Below the pieces are notes generated by a model that was not told the origin of the DNA, made no database searches, and saw nothing but the letters and a program-made list of their open reading frames with translations. Made by a program: the position numbers and the translations under genes. From Alphaproteobacteria bacterium (lineage in GTDB: Bacteria; Pseudomonadota; Alphaproteobacteria; JASGCL01), in NCBI GenBank assembly GCA_965262775.1, contig CBDHFT010000005.1, positions 17,760-81,759 of the forward strand: 64,000 nucleotides of DNA, written 5' to 3'. Positions 29,409 to 38,691 of the stretch are shown in pieces. Within the stretch, counting starts at the first letter, position 1, and every line of letters begins with the position of its first letter.

Positions 29409-30470
29409 ATGCCACGCTCGACCCCCCGCTCAACCTCCCCCGTAACTCGCTCGCCTTTTGTTGCGGTTATCATGCCTGCCTACAACGCCGAAAAATATAT
29501 TAGGAAGTCCATCGATTCTATCCTCCACCAAACCTATCAAAATTTAGAACTGATTATTATTGACGATGGTTCCCAAGACAACACGGCAAACATTATCCAA
29601 TCATACAAAGACCCAAGAATACAATATTACAAAAATAAAAAAAATTCTAAAGAATGGTTCTCGCGGCAGGTGGGCCTCCAACAAGCCCTCAACAACAATA
29701 AGGTTGATTATATCGCCTGGCAAGATGCTGACGATATGGCCGCCCCCACCAGGATTGAAAAGCAGTTATCATTTTTGCAACAACATAAGAAAATTAACCT
29801 GGTCGCAACCGACATGATAATTATCGATGACCATGAACAAAAAATAAAAACGGTAAGCAACACCGCCGCCAATGCCGCGTTGCATCGCCAACGGTTATTC
29901 TGCCCAACCATGATGTTTGATAAAAAAATACTTACCGCCTTGCCCATGCCGTTTTTTCGCCCCCTGCCCATTGGCACCGACATTGATTTTCTTTACCGTG
30001 TTATGGAAAAAAATTGGGCGGCGGGGAGCATCCCCCAGCCGCTCTATCATTATCGCCGCAGCAGCGAGCAAACCACTGCCTTCCATCTTCTATCCTTATT
30101 ATACGGCGAATTGGTGCGTTATTCGGCCTATAGCAGGCGTCTGTTGGGTAGCGACTTGCTGCCTATTTCTGATGACCAGCTGTTAACGAGTAAGGATTTA
30201 CCACGCGCCTTCGCCCCATTTATAAAACAAAAAAAATTGAGCAACATCCATAAAATTTTTATTCGGCGTTTTGTCATCGGGCAACTCTATGCCATCATCA
30301 AAAATCCTATCTTGCTTTTTCGTCACAGCCAGATTTTATTTTCTATCTATTTTTTATTATGGCGTTATCAACCATGGCTATCCATCATTCATGGTTTTTA
30401 CGCCTTGCCGCGCAACATTGTAAGTTTTATTTATTGCTTAGCCAATAAAAAAGATTTTTTTGTTGAGTAA
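29409..30470 (+). CDS. family 2 glycosyltransferase
   Basis: VAVIMPAYNAEKYIRKSIDSILHQTY then IIIDDGSQDNT is the GT2 N-terminal DXD-containing consensus. Confidence 0.75.
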   Translation: MPRSTPRSTSPVTRSPFVAVIMPAYNAEKYIRKSIDSILHQTYQNLELIIIDDGSQDNTANIIQSYKDPRIQYYKNKKNSKEWFSRQVGLQQALNNNKVDYIAWQDADDMAAPTRIEKQLSFLQQHKKINLVATDMIIIDDHEQKIKTVSNTAANAALHRQRLFCPTMMFDKKILTALPMPFFRPLPIGTDIDFLYRVMEKNWAAGSIPQPLYHYRRSSEQTTAFHLLSLLYGELVRYSAYSRRLLGSDLLPISDDQLLTSKDLPRAFAPFIKQKKLSNIHKIFIRRFVIGQLYAIIKNPILLFRHSQILFSIYFLLWRYQPWLSIIHGFYALPRNIVSFIYCLANKKDFFVE

Positions 30471-30493
30471 GCTGCGTATCTTTGTTCGCCGTT

Positions 30494-30527
30494 GCTTGCG
30501 CAAGATTTGACTTCTTGCGTAAGATTT
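30494..30527. repeat. 15-bp direct repeat CTTGCG(C/T)AAGATTTG, two copies, in the kup upstream region
   Basis: Copies at 30494-30508 and 30513-30527 match at 14 of 15 positions. Each contains a palindromic TTGCGCAA-like core. Confidence 0.4.
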
Positions 30528-30650
30528 GCTATTTGCAACTAGGAGAATTTATTTATTTTTATTTTTTAAAAAAAATTAAAGACATAGTTATTTTATTTCG
30601 GACGAAATATTTTTTATTATTCGTCGCCAACATGTCTTGCCACAACGCCC

Positions 30651-32543
30651 ATGTCTACCTCTTCGCACAAATCTCAGGGATTCTTAGGCCTCAGTTTTCT
30701 TTCTTTGGGGATTGTTTATGGCGACATTGGCACCAGCCCGCTTTATGCCTTGCAAGGCATATTTAATCAAACAACAGGCATTGGCTTAACCCCCGATAAT
30801 ATCGTGGGCGCCATTTCTTCCATCCTTTGGGCCTTAATAATTACCGTTTCGTTGAAATATGTTATGTTCGTGTTGCGCGCCGATAATCGGGGGGAAGGTG
30901 GCATTTTAGCCCTGCTGACGCTGGTTTCTTCGGTCGTACGCAAAGATACCATGCCCTACACTATATTTATTTTTTTGGGTATGTTGGGCGCGGCCTTATT
31001 TTTGGCCGAGAGTGTTATCACGCCATCCATTTCAGTGCTAGGCGCGTTGGAAGGATTAAATTATGCCCCCGCCTTGCAAAATATAAATTTTAATATCGTT
31101 GGTATTGCCGTTCTGATTTTACTTGGGCTTTTTTATGCACAACGCAGTGGCACCGCAAAAATTGGCAATTATTTTAGCTACATCATGGTGCTGTGGTTCC
31201 TTACTTTAGGTTTTTTTGGTTTTTTGAGTATTATGAAAAATCCAACGATATTATCGGCCATTAACCCGCTTGTTGCTGTCCATTTTTTATACGGTGAGGG
31301 CAAAATTCTATTTGTTGCTCTAAGCGGTATTGTGCTTGCTGTCACTGGGGTGGAAGCATTATATGCCGACATGGGCCATTTGGGGCGCAACCCAATTCGC
31401 TTTGCTTGGACATTGTTTGTCTTGCCATCTCTAGCCCTTAACTACCTTGGTCAAGGGGCCGAGCTGTTGCTTGACCCAGAAGGCTCGATTGTCAATCCTT
31501 TCTACCATCTTTTTCCTCAGCATTATGTTCTCCCTGCGGTTATTCTTGCCACTTTTGCAACAATCATTGCCTCGCAAGCTGTCATCTCTGGCACTTTTTC
31601 CATGACGCGTCAGGCTATCCAACTTGGGCTTTTGCCACGCCTCAACATTATCCATAAATCACCCAATGTCATTGGCCAAATTTATATTCCTTTAATTAAT
31701 TGGCTGTTATTTTTCTTCGTGTTGCTAACAACTATTATATTTCAAAGCACCCATAACCTTGCCTCGGCCTATGGTATTTCCGTTACCCTTACCATGACCA
31801 TTTCTTCCATCTTGCTCTACCAAGTTGTAACCAAACGTTGGCATTGGAAAAAATGGATCGCCATTCCTGTCATCGGATTCTTTTTATTGTTTGATTTGTC
31901 CTTTGCCATTTCCTGTTTAGGAAAATTATGGCACGGCGGGTGGTTTACGATTTTGCTAGCCGCCCTGGTTATGGTGTTGGTGATAACCTGGCGCCAGGGC
32001 AAAGCCATTTTAATGCGCGTTATGCGTAGCGAGGCTTTTTACCTGGAGCCTTATATCAAAAGTTTGATGAGCCGAAAAAAATTCCCATCGGTCGAACGCA
32101 CCGCCATTTATTTGGTTGAAAATACGGATTCGGTGCCTTCGGCGTTGGTTGATAATTTGAAGCATAACATGGTGTTGCACAACCGCAATATTTTTCTTAC
32201 CGTGGAATTCACCACCGCCTCCATCGTGCCCACTGCTCACCGTTTGGAAGTAAAAGAAATGATGACGGGTTTTTGGCAAGTGAAGGTTCGTTATGGTTTT
32301 ATGGAACACCCCGATATTACCTCCATCATTGCTTTGCTTAAACAACGTGGCCTAGCGTTGGATATGCAAAAAACATCCTATTTCATGAGCCATCAAACAA
32401 TTGTTTCCACCCATATTTATGGTATGGCGCGTTGGCGCGAACAAATATTTTCTTGGATGTATCGCAATTCCAATTCGATATTCGAATATTTTGATATTCC
32501 CCCCAGCCAAGTGGTCATCTTGGGTTCGCGGATTCAAATATAA
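30651..32543 (+). CDS. kup: KUP/HAK/KT potassium uptake transporter
   Basis: LSLGIVYGDIGTSPLY is the Kup N-terminal signature. 12 TM helices plus a C-terminal cytoplasmic domain. 630 aa. Confidence 0.9.
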   Translation: MSTSSHKSQGFLGLSFLSLGIVYGDIGTSPLYALQGIFNQTTGIGLTPDNIVGAISSILWALIITVSLKYVMFVLRADNRGEGGILALLTLVSSVVRKDTMPYTIFIFLGMLGAALFLAESVITPSISVLGALEGLNYAPALQNINFNIVGIAVLILLGLFYAQRSGTAKIGNYFSYIMVLWFLTLGFFGFLSIMKNPTILSAINPLVAVHFLYGEGKILFVALSGIVLAVTGVEALYADMGHLGRNPIRFAWTLFVLPSLALNYLGQGAELLLDPEGSIVNPFYHLFPQHYVLPAVILATFATIIASQAVISGTFSMTRQAIQLGLLPRLNIIHKSPNVIGQIYIPLINWLLFFFVLLTTIIFQSTHNLASAYGISVTLTMTISSILLYQVVTKRWHWKKWIAIPVIGFFLLFDLSFAISCLGKLWHGGWFTILLAALVMVLVITWRQGKAILMRVMRSEAFYLEPYIKSLMSRKKFPSVERTAIYLVENTDSVPSALVDNLKHNMVLHNRNIFLTVEFTTASIVPTAHRLEVKEMMTGFWQVKVRYGFMEHPDITSIIALLKQRGLALDMQKTSYFMSHQTIVSTHIYGMARWREQIFSWMYRNSNSIFEYFDIPPSQVVILGSRIQI

Positions 32544-32602
32544 GCCAACTGATATTTCCTAGAAAAAAAATAGCTAGGCTATTGCTTCAAATATAAAGGA
32601 GG

Positions 32603-33952
32603 CTACTTGCCCGCGACCGTCATACCGTCGATGCGTAGGGTTGGGGAATTGTGATGATGAATAAATTCTAAATCGTTGGCGGGCGTCATATTCATAAACA
32701 TTTGGTTCAAATTGCCCGCGACAGTCATTTCATTAACGGCGTGCGATATTTGCCCATTAATAATCCAAAAACCGCTGGCCCCTTGCGAATAATCACCCGT
32801 GACGCCATTGACACCAAACCCCATCAGGCTGGTTATATAAAAGCCCGCCTTGATATCGGCCATCAATGCGGTGGGCGATATTTTTCCCGCAGCAATATGA
32901 ACATTGCTAAGGGCGGGATAAACCCCCGTTAAGCCGCGGTGCGCATGACCCGTCGGTGGTAATTGCAGTTGCCTTGCCGAAGCCAAATCAAGCACGTAGC
33001 AAGTTAAAACCCCCTTATCGATGATATTTCTCTTGGCGGCGGGCAAGCCCTCGCCATCATAAAATTGCGAAGCAAATCCCCTTTTTTGTAAAGGGTCATC
33101 AACCATGGTTATGCCCGTCGCCATAACCTGTTGCCCTAACTTGCCTTGCAAGAAGCTTGTGCCTTTGGCTAACTTTTGGCCATTGATGGCTGAGGCCAGG
33201 TTGCCTATCATGCTGGTCGCAACTCGTGGGTCCAATATAATGGGGTATTGCCCCGATTTTTCTTGCCTGGCCCCCAATTGTGCCGCGGCCCGTTTGGCCG
33301 CGCTGACGCCAACTTTTTCTGGCGGGGTCAAATCGCCAAAAAAAACCTTGCTGGAATAATCATAATCGGCTTCCATATTTGTGCCATCGCTGGCAATCAC
33401 CGAAATGCCCAAGGAATAATGCGAATGTTTTTCTTCACCCCTAAAACCATTGGAAAAGGCAAACCAATCTTGTTGATGACCAAAGGAAACGCTCGACCCT
33501 TCGGAATTAACTATGTTTTTTTCACCGCGCGCCGCATCCTCTATCTGTTTCGCAACCGCTTGCATTGCTTCGGGTAATAATTCGGTTTTATCAAATGTTT
33601 CAAGGTCTTGCACCGCGCCATTTTTGGCGGCGTGGTAAAGTTGTTCGGGGCTTGCCTCCCCCGCAAATGGGTTGTCGGGTAAAACCTTCGCCATCGCCAA
33701 CAATTTGTCTAACAGCGGTTCGATAACATCCATCGTTTTGCCATTGCTGGTAACCGCCGATTCTTTCTGCCCCACTCTAATTTTTATTCCCAACACTTCT
33801 TGTTCGGCGCGTTCGCTTTCTTCAACCTTGCCCATCCTCACCTGTTGGCTTTGGTTAAGCGACTTGCTCAACACCACTTCGGCGGCATCGGCACCCTTGG
33901 CTTTTGCCAATTTGATAACATCGTCAAAAAAATTAAAAATATCGGCTGTCAT
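32603..33952 (-). CDS. pmbA: TldD/PmbA-family metalloprotease
   Basis: 449 aa. The PmbA_TldD fold motifs GFASQFYDGEG and HAHRGL, plus the overall length, favour PmbA over TldD. Confidence 0.75.
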   Translation of the reverse strand: MTADIFNFFDDVIKLAKAKGADAAEVVLSKSLNQSQQVRMGKVEESERAEQEVLGIKIRVGQKESAVTSNGKTMDVIEPLLDKLLAMAKVLPDNPFAGEASPEQLYHAAKNGAVQDLETFDKTELLPEAMQAVAKQIEDAARGEKNIVNSEGSSVSFGHQQDWFAFSNGFRGEEKHSHYSLGISVIASDGTNMEADYDYSSKVFFGDLTPPEKVGVSAAKRAAAQLGARQEKSGQYPIILDPRVATSMIGNLASAINGQKLAKGTSFLQGKLGQQVMATGITMVDDPLQKRGFASQFYDGEGLPAAKRNIIDKGVLTCYVLDLASARQLQLPPTGHAHRGLTGVYPALSNVHIAAGKISPTALMADIKAGFYITSLMGFGVNGVTGDYSQGASGFWIINGQISHAVNEMTVAGNLNQMFMNMTPANDLEFIHHHNSPTLRIDGMTVAGK

Positions 33953-33985
33953 GGTCGAATCAGGGTCTTATCATGTTGCATGGCG

Positions 33986-34318
33986 TTAATAAGTGGCGAT
34001 GCTATTATCTACCTGCAAAGCATATTGATGAATGCCCCCGCTTATGTTTTTGCAATCGTAGCCCTGCTTTTGCAAATATTGGCATACCATGGCCGAACGG
34101 CCACCGTGATGACAAAAAACATACAGGGTTTCATCCTTGGGCAATTCGTCAAGTCTGTCGGTTATTTCATTCATGGAAATATGTTTGGCACCTTTTATGC
34201 TGGCCATGGCTACTTCGTTTGCTTCGCGCACATCCAGCAAAAATACATCTTGCGCCGCCATTATTTTGGCTAGCTCGGCTACCGAGACAGTGGGAATATT
34301 GACAGCCGTATCGTTCAT
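33986..34318 (-). CDS. single-domain rhodanese (sulfurtransferase)
   Basis: Active-site loop CHHGGRS with catalytic Cys. 110 aa. Confidence 0.75.
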   Translation of the reverse strand: MNDTAVNIPTVSVAELAKIMAAQDVFLLDVREANEVAMASIKGAKHISMNEITDRLDELPKDETLYVFCHHGGRSAMVCQYLQKQGYDCKNISGGIHQYALQVDNSIATY

Positions 34319-34332
34319 CTTAGCAATAGTTT

Positions 34333-35064
34333 TTAAGAAGCCATGCGGTCCATGTTGCCGCTGGAATAATGTTGAGGATTGGCAAATTCCGCCATGATGG
34401 GCAACCCCGCCACCTGTCCAAAATAATTAATTTTGCCATTTTTTTCAATCCGCACCAAATTAGCCAATTGATTTTTTTCTTGCGGGGATTTTTTATCCTG
34501 CAGGCTGGTCAACAACGCGCCATGTTCATCCAATTGTGCCAATAATTTTTCAGGAATAGCAGGCAGCGACCCCAGCACAATGATAGATTGGTAAGGAGCA
34601 AATTTTTTGCAACCTTCGGCAATGCTTCCTTCCGCATCGACAATTGTAAAATTGCTTTTAAGAATCATTTTTTTTATTTTGTCGCAAGAACTTTGCAATG
34701 CAAAAACATTCACCCCCATCATGGCTAAAATATTACATTCATAACCATGCCCGCCGCCAATGACCAAGGTTTTATGGCCAGGTTGCAAATTAGCATGTTG
34801 CAGTAATAAACCAGCGGCGGTGGGCGACAATGATATTCTACCCCCTTCACACATTACGCATTTATCGCTATAGGCGCGTTTTTTTTGGTCTATCGTATCA
34901 TCCATAAATTCTTCGCGATTAACATGCAAAAAACCATCCAGCAGCGCGGAATCAATCACGCCCGCTGGCATCAATTGCCCTTCTATCATTTTTTGTCTTT
35001 TTATAATTGTCATTTTTATACCCTGGGTTGGTTTTAATAATTTTCTATAGTCTATTTGTATCAA
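34333..35064 (-). CDS. protein-L-isoaspartate O-methyltransferase-like SAM-dependent methyltransferase
   Basis: SAM-binding motif I LVIGGGHGYECNILAMM. The size and layout resemble Pcm. Confidence 0.5.
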   Translation of the reverse strand: MIQIDYRKLLKPTQGIKMTIIKRQKMIEGQLMPAGVIDSALLDGFLHVNREEFMDDTIDQKKRAYSDKCVMCEGGRISLSPTAAGLLLQHANLQPGHKTLVIGGGHGYECNILAMMGVNVFALQSSCDKIKKMILKSNFTIVDAEGSIAEGCKKFAPYQSIIVLGSLPAIPEKLLAQLDEHGALLTSLQDKKSPQEKNQLANLVRIEKNGKINYFGQVAGLPIMAEFANPQHYSSGNMDRMAS

Positions 35065-35558
35065 GGTTGGAAGGTATTTTGTAGCGGATTTTGTTGCACG
35101 GGATTGATGGGGTTAACCTTATTTTTATCTTTGCCGTAACGTCCAAAATTGGTAACCAATTCTTGTAGGAATGATTTATCACGCGCAACGGTTGGCGTGG
35201 TATCTTTCGACACCGATAATTTAACTGCATCCTCCCCCGTGAAGCGTTTGTAGCCTAAGTAAACCCCTTGGTCGCTTAACTTTATTTGATAAACCTCTTG
35301 GTCGGCGAAGCTTGGCGATAAGAAGCCCCATTGATTTCTGGTCTGGCTGAAATAATACCATATACGTTTGTCGTAATTGGAAAAACTGGTTGGCGTGCCA
35401 AGGTTGGCAAGCACATCGTTGTAGGTGCTTTTTCCAACTTCTAACATTTCTAATTGATAATCCTTCACCACCTGACCGCGGCGCAATGTTTCGGCGCAAG
35501 CCGACAACCCCACAAGCAAGCACAACAACAAAAGCAAAGAAAAAAAACGCTGGGTCAT
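35061..35558 (-). CDS. bamE: outer membrane protein assembly factor BamE (SmpA/OmlA lipoprotein)
   Basis: Signal peptide with a lipobox LSAC. The stretch KSTYNDVLANLGTPTS matches the BamE fold consensus. Confidence 0.65.
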   Translation of the reverse strand: MTQRFFSLLLLLCLLVGLSACAETLRRGQVVKDYQLEMLEVGKSTYNDVLANLGTPTSFSNYDKRIWYYFSQTRNQWGFLSPSFADQEVYQIKLSDQGVYLGYKRFTGEDAVKLSVSKDTTPTVARDKSFLQELVTNFGRYGKDKNKVNPINPVQQNPLQNTFQP

Positions 35559-35607
35559 AGGTTATGTATATATTCTTTCTAAGAATTTGACGAGTCAAAA
35601 ATAGCAG

Positions 35608-36502
35608 TTACAAATGGAAGCTATCAAGGACAAAATGCGGCGTCGCATCATAAGTCTTAAATAAATTTTCCATCCGTTGTTTGTCTATGCCATGATAAAA
35701 ATCCGCCGCATGAATGCCACCCAAAATAAACAAAGAATCAATCTCGGCCAACCTCGCCCCCGCAATATCATGCTCAAGGCTATCACCTATCCCAATTATT
35801 TTTTTTGCGGCGGGGAAATTCCTGCTTGCACATATCGTAAACTTCTTTGGCTGGTTTGCCAAACCTTACAACATGGCCACCCTGTTCTTCATAATATTTT
35901 GCTAAACTGCCTGGGCAAATTTTTAATGACCCGTCGGGCATGTTGGCCACCATATCGGGGTTGGTGCATAACATGGTGATATTTTTTTTTATCCCAATGT
36001 CCATCTCCTCTTGATAGGCTTCCAATGTGCCACGCCCCGCACCCGCCGCCAAGATAATATCGGCTTCTTCAACCGATTCGGTGATGATAAAGCCCAAGTC
36101 ATCTATGGCACGATGGTCATCGTCAAATCCCCAAAACAGTAATTTTTTCTTATCGCCCGTTGCAATATTTTTTGCCAAGGGGTGTTTTTTATCTATCAAC
36201 CATTCGCGCGCCGCCTGGCCCGAACTGATAACCTTATGGATAGCGTCCATGTTGAAACCCATTCTGCCTATCAATTTATGGGAATGGCTGGCTAACTTAC
36301 CCGAATTAGAAAGGACAATAATTTTTGTGCCTGCTTCATACAGCGCGGCCACGGCATCCACCGCGCCACGAAATGGCACCACCCCATTATGCAGCACGCC
36401 CCATTGGTCAATAATCGCCAAATCGTAATGGCCTAGAATATCTTTTATGCCGCTTAAAATTCTTGTCATGCTGTTGTTTGTCTTGTTGTTTTCCTTAATC
36501 AA
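35608..36502 (-). pseudogene. HAD-superfamily subfamily IIA hydrolase, split by a frameshift in a T8 run (about 35798-35805)
   Basis: ORFs 35783-36502 and 35608-35862 overlap. Together they give a contiguous HAD-IIA homologue (DQWGVLHNG ... KIIGIGDSLEHDIAGA). Confidence 0.6.
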
Positions 36503-37698
36503 ATCGATGGCAAGGGCAAGCGCGCCAAGCGCGTTTGCTTATCAAACATTTTTCCCATGACCAATGATACGCCATGCGGTAAATTATTATAAATCTGTTC
36601 ATTATCAACATTAAATACCATCATCTTTAACCTCAATTTTTCTAAAGACAGGACTTTCTCCGCCATGAGTTCGTAGCCCATTTTTTCCTGCAGGAATTGC
36701 AAGTTATCAAAAGAAGATAAATAAAAATCTATCCCCGTGCGTAATAATAGCGACGGATCATCATCCAATATCGGGTTGAGCAAAGTTGTGTTGTCGTTGG
36801 TATAAAGCATCGCCAATTTGATTCCTTCCGAATTTAAAAATTGGCAATTTTCAGCATGACGGTAAAGCCCCGCGGTAAATGGCAAAATGAAAACCATACG
36901 GCTAAAGGCCCTTGCCAACCCTGGGTTTGAAATTTTCTGTGATTTTAAAAAACTTTTGAGGTCATTCATGAAGCCCTTCTCGTTCAGGGCGCGTTCGGAC
37001 AGGGGGAAAAAGCAATAGGGCAAATTATTGACGTGCGAAGATTTTTCGTGGCTGCCTTCTTCGACTTGGAAGCCATCTTGAAATACTTTTTGCCAATAAA
37101 AGCGCAAGGTTTCCAATAATAAAATTTCGATATCACCCGCCACGGCATCTTTGGGACTGGCATTAATAATACTGGCGGTGTCAATACCCTGACCATTGGG
37201 GTATTCGATAAATCCTTGGCAATAATAACCTTTCAATTGGCGGGTTTTTGTATCCACCACGTCATGCCCTATCATGACCAGGGCCAACCCCCCCGTTAAC
37301 AATTCGTTCTGGTAAGCATTTTTAAAAATATCCTGCATGGCATTAACTTTTTTGCTTGGAACTTTTTTGGGTTCACTGAATTCTGGCATCACGGCACTGG
37401 GGCTTGCTTTATGTTGCGTGGCGCCAAGATTAGAAGCCATGCGGTTTGAACTAGCCGAGGACGACCTATCGGTTGCACCAGCGCGGGCATGCGGCGTAGC
37501 ATGAAGTTCGGCAACCGACCTTCTGCCCTTTCCCCGACTCGCCAACAGCAAATGCAAAAAGGATAAGCCAAGCCATGTCAGGCCACAATAAATAACGATG
37601 TTATATAAATCTAACTGAGAATAAAAATAAAAGCTTAGTCCTAGCAATAAGACAAGTGCAAAATAAAAAAATATATAAAGGAAGTTTTTTCTTAACAT
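36499..37698 (-). CDS. hypothetical membrane-anchored protein with no recognisable family
   Basis: Two N-terminal TM helices, a Ser/Ala-rich linker, then a roughly 300-aa domain with no motif I can place. The gene overlaps the HAD gene start by 4 nt. Confidence 0.45.
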   Translation of the reverse strand: MLRKNFLYIFFYFALVLLLGLSFYFYSQLDLYNIVIYCGLTWLGLSFLHLLLASRGKGRRSVAELHATPHARAGATDRSSSASSNRMASNLGATQHKASPSAVMPEFSEPKKVPSKKVNAMQDIFKNAYQNELLTGGLALVMIGHDVVDTKTRQLKGYYCQGFIEYPNGQGIDTASIINASPKDAVAGDIEILLLETLRFYWQKVFQDGFQVEEGSHEKSSHVNNLPYCFFPLSERALNEKGFMNDLKSFLKSQKISNPGLARAFSRMVFILPFTAGLYRHAENCQFLNSEGIKLAMLYTNDNTTLLNPILDDDPSLLLRTGIDFYLSSFDNLQFLQEKMGYELMAEKVLSLEKLRLKMMVFNVDNEQIYNNLPHGVSLVMGKMFDKQTRLARLPLPSI

Positions 37699-37775
37699 GA
37701 TAATACCAGCACTAATGATTAGATGGGAAAGAGATAAAATAATAATCTATTGTTATCAATCCTCCACCATGTATC

Positions 37776-38349
37776 TTATTCCATGTCATCATCCCTATTT
37801 GATTTTCTTTTATTCACGGCGCGTTGGTTGCCAGTCAAAAAACTAGGCAGGTCTTCACCATTGGCATTTTCATTGCCCGACGATTCTTCGTTATCGTTAT
37901 CATCAACATAACGCACAACGCCGCGACTCATCATCCTTACATCGCCGCCATTACCGCCGCGCATGCCGCCAGAACGTGGCAAAGGTTGTTGCGAATCGTT
38001 ATCGCCATAATTATCAGATGACATACCGTCATCGTCGCTCGGTTTAAATTGTCCCTGATGCTCGGTTATCAGCCGTTGATAATGTTCGGCATATTGCAAA
38101 CAAGCCTCCGCCAATACTCTATCACCATCTGACATGGCTTCTTTAGCCAACCACAAGATATTTGTCCATGATCTGCATCGCGTTACCACGCACCCTGCCC
38201 AATGGGCCATTTGAATCCATTTGTTGTCGTAAGGGATTTCTTACCACGGCGCTGCTTTGTCTGCTGCCGCCACCGCGACCACGATTTCCACCACCACGGT
38301 TACCACCGCCGCGACTGCCATGACGGCGCCAATTATTCTGTCTTTGCAT
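37776..38349 (-). pseudogene. DUF4167-family protein split by a 1-bp insertion
   Basis: ORF 38143-38349 encodes the Gly/Arg-rich N-terminus and the FDSNGP-like box (MDSNGPLGRVRGNAMQIMDKYL). ORF 37776-38210 continues it in the +1 frame (LAKEAMSDGDRVLAEACLQYAEHY). The shift lies within the ccaacc at 38147-38152. Confidence 0.55.
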
Positions 38350-38691
38350 TATTTTTTCTATTTAGTCCGATTATTATTGAGTTTTAGTTTTTCATGGTTG
38401 GTTTTCTTAACCAACTTTTTCTAGAATAATATAAATTCTAAAAAAATATTAAACCAATGATTAACAATGAAGATATTTTAATATTTAGCTGTGCCTAACA
38501 GATTATCAACAATCTATAATACAATTTTTTTTTAGTTATAACATAAGCAAGTTATGATACAACCATTGGTTAGCCCAAAAAATATCTATAACAAGCAAAT
38601 ACCGCAAACCAACACCCCTGTCAAGCAAAATTTAAAAAAAGTTATTGCTTAAATTTCTAACATTAATCTTTCGGGACGTTCGAGCAAATTT

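Noticed and set aside
30470-30650. A c-di-AMP (ydaO-type) or other riboswitch in the kup leader.
   Set aside because: I see no conserved GGGGA/ACGGGG-type helices or other riboswitch-like conserved stems. The region is AT-rich with simple direct repeats, which are reported separately as a possible operator.
35221-35598. 125-aa ORF overlapping bamE in another frame.
   Set aside because: It falls fully within the better-supported bamE lipoprotein gene (lipobox plus BamE motif). It has no features of its own.
38143-38349. Gly/Arg-rich tandem repeat (GGGNRGGGNRGRGGG) that at DNA level looks like a short periodic repeat.
   Set aside because: It is the low-complexity RGG-type N-terminus typical of DUF4167 proteins. 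It is coding, and it is not a CRISPR or a tandem-repeat locus.
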